Origin: Octopus sinensis
Lineage: Eukaryota
Assembly: GCF_006345805.1 (NCBI RefSeq)
Contig: NC_043014.1
Coordinates: 17,484,001 to 17,548,000, forward strand
Reading direction: 5' to 3'
DNA: 64,000 nucleotides
Positions 1 to 15,000 of this stretch are shown here, one piece after another; the stretch's first letter is position 1; every line of letters begins with the position of its first letter. Below the pieces are notes generated by a model, which saw nothing but the letters and a program-made list of their open reading frames with translations, was not told the DNA's origin and made no database searches. The position numbers were made by a program, and so were the translations under genes.

Positions 1-3000
1 TCTGCAATACACAGTACGCTGCTGTTACTGCCAAAGAAAAGATTCCGAGTCTGCTGAACAACGGGGACTCTGCAATACACAGTACGCTGCTGTTACTGCC
101 AATGAAAGATTCCGAGTCTGCTGAACAACGGGGACTCTGCAATACACAGTACGCTTGTTACTGCAAGAAAAAGATTCGAGTCTGCTGAACAACGGGGACT
201 CTGCAATACACAGTACGCTGCTGTTACTGCCAAAGGAAAGATTCCGAGTCTGCTGAACAACGGGGACTCTGCAATACACAGTACGCTGCTGTTACTGCCA
301 AAGTAGAAAGATTCCGAGTCTGCTGAACAACGGGGACTCTGCAATACACAGTACGCTGCTGTTACTGCCAAGAAAGATTCCGAGTCTGCTGAACAACGGG
401 GACTCTGCAATACACAGTACGCTGCTGTTACTGCCAAAGAAAGATTCCGAGTCTGCTGAACAACGGGGACTCTGCAATACACAGTACGCTGCTGTTACTG
501 CCAATCAAAAGATTCCGAGTCTGCTGAACAACGGGGACTCTGCAATACACAGTACGCTGCTGTTACTGCCAATGAAAGGAAAGATTCCGAGTCTGCTGAA
601 CAACGGGGACTCTGCAATACACAGTACGCTGCTGTTACTGCCAAGGAAAGATTCCGAGTCTGCTGAACAACGGGGACTCTGCAATACACAGTACGCTGCT
701 GTTACTGCCAATGGAAAAGATTCCGAGTCTGCTGAACAACGGGGACTCTGCAATACACAGTACGCTGCTGTTACTGCCAAATGAAAGATTCCGAGTCTGC
801 TGAACAACGGGGACTCTGCAATACACAGTACGCTGCTGTTACTGCCAATTGGAAAGATTCCGAGTCTGCTGAACAACGGGGACTCTGCAATACACAGTAC
901 GCTGCTGTTAGCCAAAGCGAAAGATTCCGAGTCTGCTGAACAACGGGGACTCTGCAATACACAGTACGCTGCTGTTACTGCCAAGAAAGATTCCGAGTCT
1001 GCTGAACAACGGGGACTCTGCAATACACAGTACGCTGCTGTTACTGCCAAGCAAAGATTCCGAGTCTGCTGAACAACGGGGACTCTGCAATACAAGTACG
1101 CTGCTGTTACTGCCAAAGAAAGATTCCGAGTCTGCTGAACAACGGGGACTCTGCAATACACAGTACGCTGCTGTTACTGCCAAAGAAAGATTCCGAGTCT
1201 GCTGAACAACGGGGACTCTGCAATACACAGTACGCTGCTGTTACTGCCAATGCGAAAGATTCCGAGTCTGCTGAACAACGGGGACTCTGCAATACACAGT
1301 ACGCTGCTGTTACTGCCAAGAGAAAGATTCCGAGTCTGCTGAACAACGGGGACTCTGCAATACACAGTACGCTGCTGTTACTGCCAAAGTAAAAGATTCC
1401 GAGTCTGCTGAACAACGGGGACTCTGCAATACACAGTACGCTGCTGTTACTGCCAAGCGGAAAGATTCCGAGTCTGCTGAACAACGGGGACTCTGCAATA
1501 CACAGTACGCTGCTGTTACTGCCAAGCGGAAAGATTCCGAGTCTGCTGAACAACGGGGACTCTGCAATACACAGTACGCTGCTGTTACTGCCAAAGCGAA
1601 AGATTCCGAGTCTGCTGAACAACGGGGACTCTGCAATACACAGTACGCTGCTGTTACTGCCAAAGGAAAGATTCCGAGTCTGCTGAACAACGGGGACTGC
1701 AATACACAGTACGCTGCTGTTACTGCCAAAGAAAAGATTCCGAGTCTGCTGAACAACGGGGACTCTGCAATACACAGTACGCTGCTGTTACTGCCAATGG
1801 GAAAGATTCCGAGTCTGCTGAACAACGGGGACTCTGCAATACACAGTACGCTGCTGTTACTGCCAAATGGAAAGATTCCGAGTCTGCTGAACAACGGGGA
1901 CTCTGCAATACACAGTACGCTGCTGTTACTGCCAAGGGAAAGATTCCGAGTCTGCTGAACAACGGGGACTCTGCAATACACAGTACGCTGCTGTTACTGC
2001 CAAAGAAAGATTCCGAGTCTGCTGAACAACGGGGACTCTGCAATACACAGTACGCTGCTGTTACTGCCAAGGAAAGATTCCGAGTCTGCTGAACAACGGG
2101 GACTCTGCAATACACAGTACGCTGCTGTTACTGCCAAGCAAAAGATTCCGAGTCTGCTGAACAACGGGGACTCTGCAATACACAGTACGCTGCTGTTACT
2201 GCCAATGGAAAGATTCCGAGTCTGCTGAACAACGGGGACTCTGCAATACACAGTACGCTGCTGTTACTGCCAATTGAAAGATTCCGAGTCTGCTGAACAA
2301 CGGGGACTCTGCAATACACAGTACGCTGCTGTTACTGCCAACAAAAGATTCCGAGTCTGCTGAACAACGGGGACTCTGCAATACACAGTACGCTGCTGTT
2401 ACTGTCAATGGGAAAGATTCCGAGTCTGCTGAACAACGGGGACTCTGCAATACACAGTACGCTGCTGTTACGGCCAAAGTGAAAGATTCCGAGTCTGCAG
2501 AACAACGGAGACTCTGCAATACACAGTACGCTGCTGTTACTGCCAATGGCAAAGATTCCGAGTCTGCTGAACAACGGGGACTCTGCAATACACAGTACGC
2601 AGCTGTTACTGCCAAATTGAAAGATTCCGAGTCTGCTGAACAACGGGGACTCTGCAATACACAGTACGCTGCTGTTACTGCCAATGAAAGATTCCGAGTC
2701 TGCTGAACAACGGGGACTCTGCAATACACAGTACGCTGCTGTTACTGCCATGGAAAGATTCCGAGTCTGCTGAACAACGGGGACTCTGCAATACACAGTA
2801 CGCTGCTGTTACTGCCAAGTGAAAGATTCCGAGTCTGCTGAACAACGGGGACTCTGCAATACACAGTACGCTGCTGTTACTGCCAATGAAAGATTCCGAG
2901 TCTGCTGAACAACGGGGACTCTGCAATACACAGTACGCTGCTGTTACTGCCAAGTGAAAGATTCCGAGTCTGCTGAACAACGGGGACTCTGCAATACACA

Positions 3001-6000
3001 GTACGCTGCTGTTACTGCCAATGGGAAAGATTCCGAGTCTGCTGAACAACGGGACTCTGCAATACACAGTACGCTGCTGTTACTGCCAAGTAAAGATTCC
3101 GAGTCTGCTGAACAACGGGGACTCTGCAATACACAGTACGCTGCTGTTACTGCCAATGGGAAAGATTCCGAGTCTGCTGAACAACGGGGACTCTGCAATA
3201 CACAGTACGCTGCTGTTACTGCCAATGGGAAAGATTCCGAGTCTGCTGAACAACGGGGACTCTGCAATACACAGTACGCTGCTGTTACTGCCAAAGAAAG
3301 ATTCCGAGTCTGCTGAACAACGGGGACTCTGCAATACACAGTACGCTGCTGTTACTGCCAAGAAAGATTCCGAGTCTGCTGAACAACGGGGACTCTGCAA
3401 TACACAGTACGCTGCTGTTACTGCCAAGCGAAAGATTCCGAGTCTGCTGAACAACGGGGACTCTGCAATACACAGTACGCTGCTGTTACTGCCAACGAAA
3501 GATTCCGAGTCTGCTGAACAACGGGGACTCTGCAATACACAGTACGCTGCTGTTACTGCCAATGCGAAAGATTCCGAGTCTGCTGAACAACGGGGACTCT
3601 GCAATACACAGTACGCTGCTGTTACTGCCAAAAGCAAAGATTCCGAGTCTGCTGAACAACGGGGACTCTGCAATACACAGTACGCTGCTGTTACTGCCAA
3701 AGGAAAGATTCCGAGTCTGCTGAACAACGGGGACTCTGCAATACACAGTACGCTGCTGTTACTGCAAATGAAAGATTCCGAGTCTGCTGAACAACGGGGA
3801 CTCTGCAATACACAGTACGCTGCTGTTACTGCCAATGCGAAAGATTCCGAGTCTGCTGAACAACGGGGACTCTGCAATACACAGTACGCTGCTGTTACTG
3901 CCAAAGTGAAAGATTCCGAGTCTGCTGAACAACGGGGACTCTGCAATACACAGTACGCTGCTGTTACTGCCAATGGAAAGATTCCGAGTCTGCTGAACAA
4001 CGGGGACTCTGCAATACACAGTACGCTGCTGTTACTGCCAATGGCGAAAGATTCCGAGTCTGCTGAACAACGGGGACTCTGCAATACACAGTACGCTGCT
4101 GTTACTGCCAACTGAAAGATTCCGAGTCTGCTGAAACGGGGACTCTGCAATACACAGTACGCTGCTGTTACTGCCAAGCGAAAGATTCCGAGTCTGCTGA
4201 ACAACGGGGACTCTGCAATACACAGTACGCTGCTGTTACTGCCAATAAAGATTCCGAGTCTGCTGAACAACGGGGACTCTGCAATACACAGTACGCTGCT
4301 GTTACTGCCAATGAAAGATTCCGAGTCTGCTGAACAACGGGGACTCTGCAATACACAGTACGCTGCTGTTACTGCAAATGGGAAAGATTCCGAGTCTGCT
4401 GAACAACGGGGACTCTGCAATACACAGTACGCTGCTGTTACTGCCAAGAAAGATTCCGAGTCTGCTGAACAACGGGGACTCTGCAATACACAGTACGCTG
4501 CTGTTACTGCCAATGGGAAAGATTCCGAGTCTGCTGAACAACGGGGACTCTGCAATACACAGTACGCTGCTGTTACTGCCAATGAAAGATTCCGAGTCTG
4601 CTGAACAACGGGGACTCTGCAATACACAGTACGCTGCTGTTACTGCCAAAGCAAAAGATTCCGAGTCTGCTGAACAACGGGGACTCTGCAATACACAGTA
4701 CGCTGCTGTTACTGCCAATGGGAAAGATTCCGAGTCTGCTGAACAACGGGGACTCTGCAATACACAGTACGCTGCTGTTACTGCCAATGGGAAAGATTCC
4801 GAGTCTGCTGAACAACGGGGACTCTGCAATACACAGTACGCTGCTGTTACTGCCAATGGGAAAGATTCCGAGTCTGCTGAACAACGGGGACTCTGCAATA
4901 CACAGTACGCTGCTGTTACTGCCAAAGAAAGATTCCGAGTCTGCTGAACAACGGGACTCTGCAATACACAGTACGCTGCTGTTACTGCCAAAGGAAAGAT
5001 TCCGAGTCTGCTGAACAACGGGGACTCTGCAATACACAGTACGCTGCTGTTACTGCCAAGAAAGATTCCGAGTCTGCTGAACAACGGGGACTCTGCAATA
5101 CACAGTACGCTGCTGTACTGCCAATGGGAAAGATTCCGAGTCTGCTGAACAACGGGGACTCTGCAATACACAGTACGCTGCTGTTACTGCCAATGGGAAA
5201 GATTCCGAGTCTGCTGAACAACGGGGACTCTGCAATACACAGTACGCTGCTGTTACTGCCAAAGCAAAAGATTCCGAGTCTGCTGAACAACGGGGACTCT
5301 GCAATACACAGTACGCTGCTGTTACTGCCAAAGAGAAAGATTCCGAGTCTGCTGAACAACAGGGACTCTGCAATACACAGTACGCTGCTGTTACTGCCAA
5401 TGGGAAAGATTCCGAGTCTGCTGAACAACAGGGACTCTGCAATACACAGTACGCTGCTGTTACTGCCAAAGTGAAAGATTCCGAGTCTGCTGAACAACGG
5501 GGACTCTGCAATACACAGTACGCTGCTGTACTGCCAAAGTGAAAGATTCCGAGTCTGCTGAACAACGGGACTCTGCAATACACAGTACGCTGCTGTTACT
5601 GCCAATGGGAAAGATTCCGAGTCTGCTGAACAACGGGGACTCTGCAATACACAGTACGCTGCTGTTACTGCCAAAGATAAAGATCCGAGTCTGCTGAACA
5701 ACGGGGACTCTGCAATACACAGTACGCTGCTGTTACTGCCAATGGGAAAGATTCCGAGTCTGCTGAACAACGGGACTCTGCAATACACAGTACGCTGCTG
5801 TTACTGCCAAAGTGAAAGATTCCGAGTCTGCTGAACAACGGGGACTCTGCAATACACAGTACGCTGCTGTTACTGCCAATGGAAAGATTCCGAGTCTGCT
5901 GAACAACGGGGACTCTGCAATACACAGTACGCTGCTGTTACTGCCAAAGTAAAAGATTCCGAGTCTGCTGAACAACGGGGACTCTGCAATACACAGTACG

Positions 6001-9000
6001 CTGCTGTTACTCAATGGGAAAGATTCCGAGTCTGCTGAACAACGGGGACTCTGCAATACACAGTACGCTGCTGTTACTGCCAAAGTGAAGATTCCGAGTC
6101 TGCTGAACAACGGGAGACTCTGCAATACACAGTACGCTGCTGTTACTGCCAATTGAAAGATTCCGAGTCTGCTGAACAACGGGGACTCTGCAATACACAG
6201 TACGCTGCTGTTACTGCCAATTGAAAGATTCCGAGTCTGCTGAACAACGGGGACTCTGCAATACACAGTACGCTGCTGTTACTGCCAATGCGAAAGATTC
6301 CGAGTCTGCTGAACAACGGGGACTCTGTAATACACAGTACGCTGCTGTTACTGCCAAAGCGAAAGATTCCGTGTCTGTTGAACAACGGGGACTCTGCAAT
6401 ACAGAGTACGCTGCTGTTACTGCCAAACTGAAAGATTCCGAGTCTGCTGAACAACGGGGACTCTGCAATACACAGTACGCTGCTGATACTGCCAATGCGA
6501 AAGATTCCGAGTCTGCTGAAAAACGGGGACTCTGCAATACACAGTACGCTGCTGTTACTGCCGAAGCTAAAGATTCCGAGTCTGCTGAACAACGACAACT
6601 CTGCAATACACAGTACGCTGCTGTTACTGCCAATGGGAAAGATTCCGAGTCTGCTGAACAACGGGGACTGCAATACACAGTACGCTGCTGTTACTGCCAA
6701 TGGGAAAGATTCCGAGTCTGCTGAACAACGGGGACTCTGCAATACACAGTACGCTGCTGTTACTGCCAATGGGAAAGATTCCGAGTCTGCTGAACAACGG
6801 GGACTCTGCAATACACAGTACGCTGCTGTTACTGCAAGCGAAAGATTCCGAGTCTGCTGAACAACGGGGACTCTGCAATACACAGTACGCTGCTGTTACT
6901 GCCAATGGAAAGATTCCGAGTCTGCTGAACAACGGGGACTCTGCAATACACAGTACGCTGCTGTTACTGCCAAATCGAAAGATTCCGAGTCTGCTGAACA
7001 ACGGGGACTCTGCAATACAGTACGCTGCTGTTACTGCCAAAGCAAAAGATTCCGAGTCTGCTGAACAACGGGGACTTTGCAATACACAGTACGCTGCTGT
7101 TACTGCCAATGCGAAACTTCCGAGTCTGCTGAACAACGGGGACTCTGCAATACACAGTACGCTGCTGTTACTGCCAATGGGAAAGATTCCGAGTCTGCTG
7201 AACAACGGGGACTCTGCAATACACAGTACGCTGCTGTTACTGCCAATGGGAAAATTCCGAGTCTGCTGAACAACGGGGACTCTGCAATACACAGTACGCT
7301 GCTGTTACTGCCAAAGGAAAGATTCCGAGTCTGCTGAACAACGGGGACTCTGCAATACACAGTACGCTGCTGTTACTGCCAAATTGAAGATTCCGAGTCT
7401 GCTGAACAACGGGGACTCTGCAATACACAGTACGCTGCTGTTACTGCCAAAGTAAAGATTCCGAGTCTGCTGAACAACGGGGACTCTGCAATACACAGTA
7501 CGCTGCTGTTACTGCCAAAGGGAAAGATTCCGAGTCTGCTGAACAACGGGGACTCTGCAATACACAGTACGCTGCTGTTACCGCCAACTTGAAAGATTCC
7601 GAGTCTGCTGAACAACGGGGACTCTGCAATACACAGTACGCTGCTGTTACTGCCAATGCGAAAGATTCCGAGTCTGCTGAACAACGGGGACTCTGCAATA
7701 CACAGTACGCTGCTGTTACTGCCAATGGGAAAGATTCCGAGTCTGCTGAACAACGGGGACTCTGCAATACACAGTACGCTGCTGTTACTGCCAATGGCAA
7801 AGATTCCGAGTCTGCTGAACAACGGGATCCCAATACACAGTACGCTGCTGTTACTGCCAAAGAGAAAGATTCCGAGTCTGCTGAACAACGGGACTCTGCA
7901 ATACACAGTACGCTGCTGTGTTACTGCCAAGGGAAAGATTCCGAGTCTGCTGAACAACAGGGACTCTGCAATACACAGTACGCTGCTGTTACTGCCAAGT
8001 GAAAGATTCCGAGTCTGCTGAACAACGGGGACTCTGCAATACACAGTACGCTGCTGTTACTGCAAAGTGAAAGATTCCGAGTCTGCTGAACAACGGGGAC
8101 TCTGCAATACACAGTACGCTGCTGTTACTGCCAATGGAAAGATCCGAGTCTGCTGAACAACGGGGACTCTGCAATACACAGTACGCTGCTGTTACTGCCA
8201 AGGAAAGATTCCGAGTCTGCTGAACAACGGGGACTCTGCAATACACAGTACGCTGCTGTTACTGCCAAAGAGAAAGATTCCGAGTCTGCTGAACAACGGG
8301 GACTCTGCAATACACAGTACGCTGCTGTTACTGCCAATGGAAAGATTCCGAGTCTGCTGAACAACGGGGACTCTGCAATACACAGTACGCTGCTGTTACT
8401 GCCAAAGTGAAAGATTCCGAGTCTGCTGAACAACGGGGACTCTGCAATACACAGTACGCTGCTGTTACTGCCAATGGAAAGATTCCGAGTCTGCTGAACA
8501 ACGGGGACTCTGCAATACACAGTACGCTGCTGTTACTGCCAATTGAAAGATTCCGAGTCTGCTGAACAACGGGGACTCTGCAATACACAGTACGCTGCTG
8601 TTACTGCCAATGCGAAAGATTCCGAGTCTGCTGAACAACGGGGACTCTGCAATACACAGTACGCTGCTGTTACTGCCAATGCGAAAGATTCCGAGCTGCT
8701 GAACAACGGGGACTCTGCAATACACAGTACGCTGCTGTTACTGCCAACTTGAAAGATTCCGAGTCTGCTGAACAACGGGGACTCTGCAATACACAGTACG
8801 CTGCTGTTACTGCCAATGCGAAAGATTCGAGTCTGCTGAACAACGGGGACTCTGCAATACACAGTACGCTGCTGTTACTGCCAAAGGAAAGATTCCGTGT
8901 CTGCTGAACAACGGGGACTCTGCAATACACAGTACGCTGCTGTTACTGCCAATGCGAAAGATTCCGAGTCTGCTGAACAACGGGGACTCTGTAATACACA

Positions 9001-12000
9001 GTACGCTGCTGTTACTGCCAATGCGAAAGATTCCGAGTCTGCTGAACAACGACAACTCTGCAATACACAGTACGCTGCTGTTACAGCCAATGGGAAAGAT
9101 TCCGAGTCTGCTGAACAACGGGGACTCCGCAATACACAGTACGCTGCTGCTACTGCCAAAGTAAAAGATTCCGAGTCTGCTGAACAACGGAGACTCTGCA
9201 ATACACAGTACGCTGCTGTTACCGCCAACTTGAAAGATTCCAAGTCTGCTGAACAACGGGGACTCTGCAATACACAATACGCTGCTGTTACTGCCAATGC
9301 GAAAGATTACGATTCTGCTGAACAACGGGGACTCTGCAATACACAGTACGCTGCTGTTACTGCCAAGGGAAAGATTCCGAGTCTGCTGAACAACGGGGAC
9401 TCTGCAATACACAGTACGCTGCTGTTACTGCCATAGCGAAAGATTCCGAGTCTGCTGAACAACGGGGACTCTGCAATACAGTACGCTGCTGTTACTGCCA
9501 ACGGAAAGATTCCGAGTCTGCTGAACAACGGGGACTCTGCAATACACAGTACGCTGCTGTTACTGCCAACGGGAAAGATTCCGAGTCTGCTGAACAACGG
9601 GGACTCTGCAATACACAGTACGCTGCTGTTACTGCCAAAGCGAAAGATTCCGAGTCTGCTGAACAACGGGGACTCTGCAATACACAGTACGCTGCTGTTA
9701 CTGCCAATGGAAAGATTCCGAGTCTGCTGAACAACGGGGACTCTGCAATACACAGTACGCTGCTGTTACTGCCAAATTGAAAGATTCCGAGTCTGCTGAA
9801 CAACGGGGACTCTACAATACACAGTACGCTGCTGTTACTGCCAAACTTGAAAGATTCCGAGTCTGCTGAACAACGGGGACTCTGCAATACACAGTACGCT
9901 GCTGTTACTGCCAATGGAAAGATCCGAGTCTGCTGAACAACGGGGACTCTGCAATACACAGTACGCTGCTGTTACTGCCAATGGGAAAGATTCCGAGTCT
10001 GCTGAACAACGGGGACTCTGCAATACACAGTACGCTGCTGTTACTGCCAATGGGAAAGATTCCGAGTCTGCTGAACAACGGGGACTCTGCAATACACAGT
10101 ACGCTGCTGTTACTGCCAAATTGAAAGATTCCGAGTCTGCTGAACAACGGGACTCTGCAATACACAGTACGCTGCTGTTACTGCCAATGGGAAAGATTCC
10201 GAGTCTGCTGAACAACGGGGACTCTGCAATACACAGTACGCTGCTGTTACTGCCAATGGGAAAGATTCCGAGTCTGCTGAACAACGGGGACTCTGCAATA
10301 CACAGTACGCTGCTGTTACTGCCAATGGGAAAGATTCCGAGTCTGCTGAACAACGGGGACTCTGCAATACACAGTACGCTGCTGTTACTGCAAACATGGG
10401 AAAGATTCCGAGTCTGCTGAACAACGGGGACTCTGCAATACACAGTACGCTGCTGTTACTGCCAATGGGAAAGATTCCGAGTTCTGCTGAACAACGGGGA
10501 CTCTGCAATACACAGTACGCTGCTGTTACTGCCAATGGGAAAGATTCCGAGTCTGAAGCTGAACAACAGGGACTCTGCAATACACAGTACGACGCTGCTG
10601 TTACTGCCAATGGGAAAGATCCGAGTCTGCTGAACACGGGGGACTCTGCAATACACAGTACGCTGCTGTTACTGCCAATGGAAAGATTCCGAGTCTGCTG
10701 AACAACGGGGACTCTGCAATACACAGTACGCTGCTGTTACTGCCAATGGAAAGATTCCGAGTCTGCTGAACAACGGGGACTCTGCAATACACAGTACGCT
10801 GCTGTTACTGCCAATGGGAAAGATTCCGAGTCTGCTGAACAACGGGGACACTGCAATACACAGTACGCTGCTGTTACTGCCAATGGGAAAGATTCCGAGT
10901 CTGCTGAACAACGGGGACTCTGCAATACACAGTACGCTGCTGTTACTGCCAATGGGAAAGATTCCGAGTCTGCTGAACAACGGGACACTGCAATACACAG
11001 TACGCTGCTGTTACTGCCAATGGGAAAGATTCCGAGTCTGCTGAACAACGGGGACTCTGCAATACACAGTACGCTGCTGTTACTGCCAAGCGAAAGATTC
11101 CGAGTCTGCTGAACAACGGGGACTCTGCAATACACAGTACGCTGCTGTTACTGCCAATGGGAAAGATTCCGAGTCTGCTGAACAACGGGGACTCTGCAAT
11201 ACACAGTACGCTGCTGTTACTGCCAAATCGAAGATTCCGAGTCTGCTGAACAACGGGGACTCTGCAATACACAGTACGCTGCTGTTACTGCCAAAGCAAA
11301 AGATTCCGAGTCTGCTGAACAACGGGGACTCTGCAATACACAGTACGCTGCTGTTACTGCCAATGGAAAGATTCCGAGTCTGCTGAACAACGGGGACTCT
11401 GCAATACACAGTACGCTGCTGTTACTGCCAAAGTGAAAGATTCCGAGTCTGCTGAACAACGGGGACTCTTCAATACACAGTACGCTGCTGTTACTGCCAA
11501 AGTGAAAGATTCCGAGTCTGCTGAACAACGGGGACTCTGCAATACACAGTACGCTGCTGTTACTGCCAAATTGAAAGATTCCGAGTCTGCTGAACAACGG
11601 GGACTCTGCAATACACAGTACGCTGCTGTTACTGCCAATGGGAAAGATTCCGAGTCTGCTGAACAACGGGGACTCTACAATACACAGTACGCTGCTGTTA
11701 CTGCCAATGGGAAAGATTCCGAGTCTGCTGAACAACGGGGACTCTGCAATACACAGTACTGCTGTTACTGCCAATGGAAAGATTCCGAGTCTGCTGAACA
11801 ACGGGGACTCTGCAATACACAGTACGCTGCTGTTACTGCCAATGGGAAAGATTCCGAGTCTGCTGAACAACGGGGACTCTGCAAATACACAGTACGCTGC
11901 TGTTACTGCCAAAGAGAAAGATTCCGAGTCTGCTGAACAACAGGGACTCTGCAATACACAGTACGCTGCTGTTACTGCCAATGGGAAAGATTCCGAGTCT

Positions 12001-15000
12001 GCTGAACAACAGGGACTCTGCAATACACAGTACGCTGCTGTTACTGCCAAAGTGAAAGATTCCGAGTCTGCTGAACAACGGGGACTCTGCAATACACAGT
12101 ACGATGCTGTTACTGCCAAAGTGAAAGATTCCGAGTCTGCTGAACAACGGGGACTCTGCAATACACAGTACGCTGCTGTTACTGCCAGTGGGAAAGATTC
12201 CGAGTCTGCTGAAAAACGGGGACTCTGCAATACACAGTACGCTGCTGTTACTGCCAAAGATAAAGATTCCGCGTCTGCTGAACAACGGGCATTCAGCGAT
12301 ACACAGTACGCTGCTGTTACTGACATTGGAAAGATTCCGAGTCTGCTGAACAACGGGGACTCTGCAATACCAGTACGCTGCTGTTACTGCCAATGGGAAA
12401 GATTCCGAGTCTGCTGAACAACGGGGACTCTGCAATACACAGTACGCTGCTGTTACTGCCAAAGCGAAAGAAGATCCGAGTCTGCTGAACAACGGGGACT
12501 CTGCAATACAGAGACGCTGCTGTTACTGCCAAACTGAAAGATTCCGAGTCTGCTGAACAACGGGGACTCTGCAATACACAGTACGCTGCTGTTACTGCCA
12601 ATGGGAAAGATTCCGAGTCTGCTGAAAAACGGGGACTCTGCAATACACAGTACGCTGCTGTTACTGCCGAAGCTAAAGATTCCGAGTCTGCTGAACAACG
12701 ACAACTCTGCAATACACAGTACGCTGCTGTTACTGCCAATGGGAAAGATTCCGAGTCTGCTGAACAACGGGGACTCTGCAATACACAGTACGCTGCTGTT
12801 ACAGCCAATGGGAAAGATTCCGAGTCTGCTGAACAACGGGGACTCTGTAATACAGAGTACGCTGCTGTTACTGCCAACTTGAAAGATTCCGAGTCTGCTG
12901 AACAACGGGGACTCTGCAATACACAGTACGCTGCTGTTACTGCCCAACGGGACTCTGACAATACACAGTACGCTGCTGTTACTGCCAATGGGAAAGATTC
13001 CGAGTCTGCTGAACAACGGGGACTCTGCAATACACAGTACGCTGCGTTACTGCCAATGCGAAACTTCCGAGTCTGCTGAACAACGGGGACTCTGCAATAC
13101 ACAGTACGCTGCTGTTACTGCCAATGGAAAGATTCCGAGTCTGCTGAACAACGGGGACTCTGCAATACACAGTACGCTGCTGTTACTGCCAAAGAAAGAT
13201 TCCGAGTCTGCTGAACAACGGGGACTCTGCAATACACAGTACGCTGCTGTTACTGCCAATGGGAAAGATTCCGAGTCTGCTGAACAACGGGACTCTGCAA
13301 TACACAGTACGCTGCTGTTACTGCCAAGGGAAAGATTCCGAGTCTGCTGAACAACGGGGACTCTGCAATACACAGTACGCTGCTGTTACTGCCAAGGAAA
13401 GATTCCGAGTCTGCTGAACAACGGGGACTCACAAACACAGTACGCTGCTGTTACTGCCAAGGAAAGATTCCGAGTCTGCTGAACAACGGGGACTCTGCAA
13501 TACCAGACGCTGCTGTTACTGCCAAAGGAAAGACTCCGAGTCTGCTGAACAACGGGGACTCTGCAATACACAGTACGCTGCTGTTACTGCCAAATTGAAG
13601 ATTCCGAGTCTGCTGAACAACGGGGACTCTGCAATACACAGTACGCTGCTGTTACTGCCAACTGAAAGATTCCGAGTCTGCTGAACAACGGGGACTCTGC
13701 AATACACAGTACGCTGCTGTTACTGCCAAATGTGAAAGATTCCGAGTCTGCTGAACAACGGGGACTCTGCAATACACAGTACGCTGCTGTTACTGCCAAA
13801 TTGAAAGATTCCGAGTCTGCTGAACAACGGGGACTCTGCAATACACAGTACGCTGCTGTTACTGCCAATGGGAAAGATTCCGAGTCTGCTGAACAACGGG
13901 GACTCTGCAATACACAGTACGCTGCTGTTACTGCCAATGGGAAGATTCCGAGTCTGCTGAACAACGGGGACTCTACAATACACAGTACGCTGCTGTTACT
14001 GCCAAGGGAAGATTCCGATCTGCTGAACAACGGGGACTCTGCAATACACAGTACGCTGCTGTTACTGCCAATGGAAAGATTCCGAGTCTGCTGAACAACG
14101 GGGACTCTGCAATACACAGTACGCTGCTGTTACTGCCAATGGAAGATTCCGAGTCTGCTGAACAACGGGGACTCTGCAATACACAGTACGCTGCTGTTAC
14201 TGCCAAATCGAAAGATTCCGAGTCTGCTGAACAACGGGGACTCTGCAATACACAGTACGCTGCTGTTACTGCCAAAGTGAAAGATTCCGAGTCTGCTGAA
14301 CAACGGGGACTCTGCAATACACAGTACGCTGCTGTTACTGCCAAATTGAAAGATTCCGAGTCTGCTGAACAACGGGGACTCTGCAATACACAGTACGCTG
14401 CTGTTACTGCCAATGGGAAAGATTCCGAGTCTGCTGAACAACGGGACTCTGCAATACACAGTACGCTGCTGTTACTGCCAATGGGAAAGATTCCGAGTCT
14501 GCTGAACAAAGGGGACTCTGCAATACACAGTACGCTGCTGTTACTGCCAAGCGAAAGATTCCGAGTCTGCTGAACAACGGGGACTCTGCAATACACAGTA
14601 CGCTGCTGTTACTGCCAAAGCGAAAGATTCCGAGTCTGCTGAACAACGGGGACTCTGCAATACACAGTACGCTGCTGTTACTGCAAAAGTGAAAGATTCC
14701 GAGTCTGCTGAACAACGGGGACTCTGCAATACACAGTACGCTGCTGTTACTGCCAAGGGAAAGATTCCGAGTCTGCTGAACAACGGGGACTCTGCAATAC
14801 ACAGTACGCTGCTGTTACTGCCAAATTGAAAGATTCCGAGTCTGCTGAACAACGGGGACTCTGCAATACACAGTACGCTGCTGTTACTGCCAAAGCAAAT
14901 GGTTCTGAGTCTGCTGAACAACGGGGACTCTACAATACACAGTACGATGCTGTTACTGCCAATGGGAAAGATTCCGAGTCTGCTGAACAAAGGGGACTCT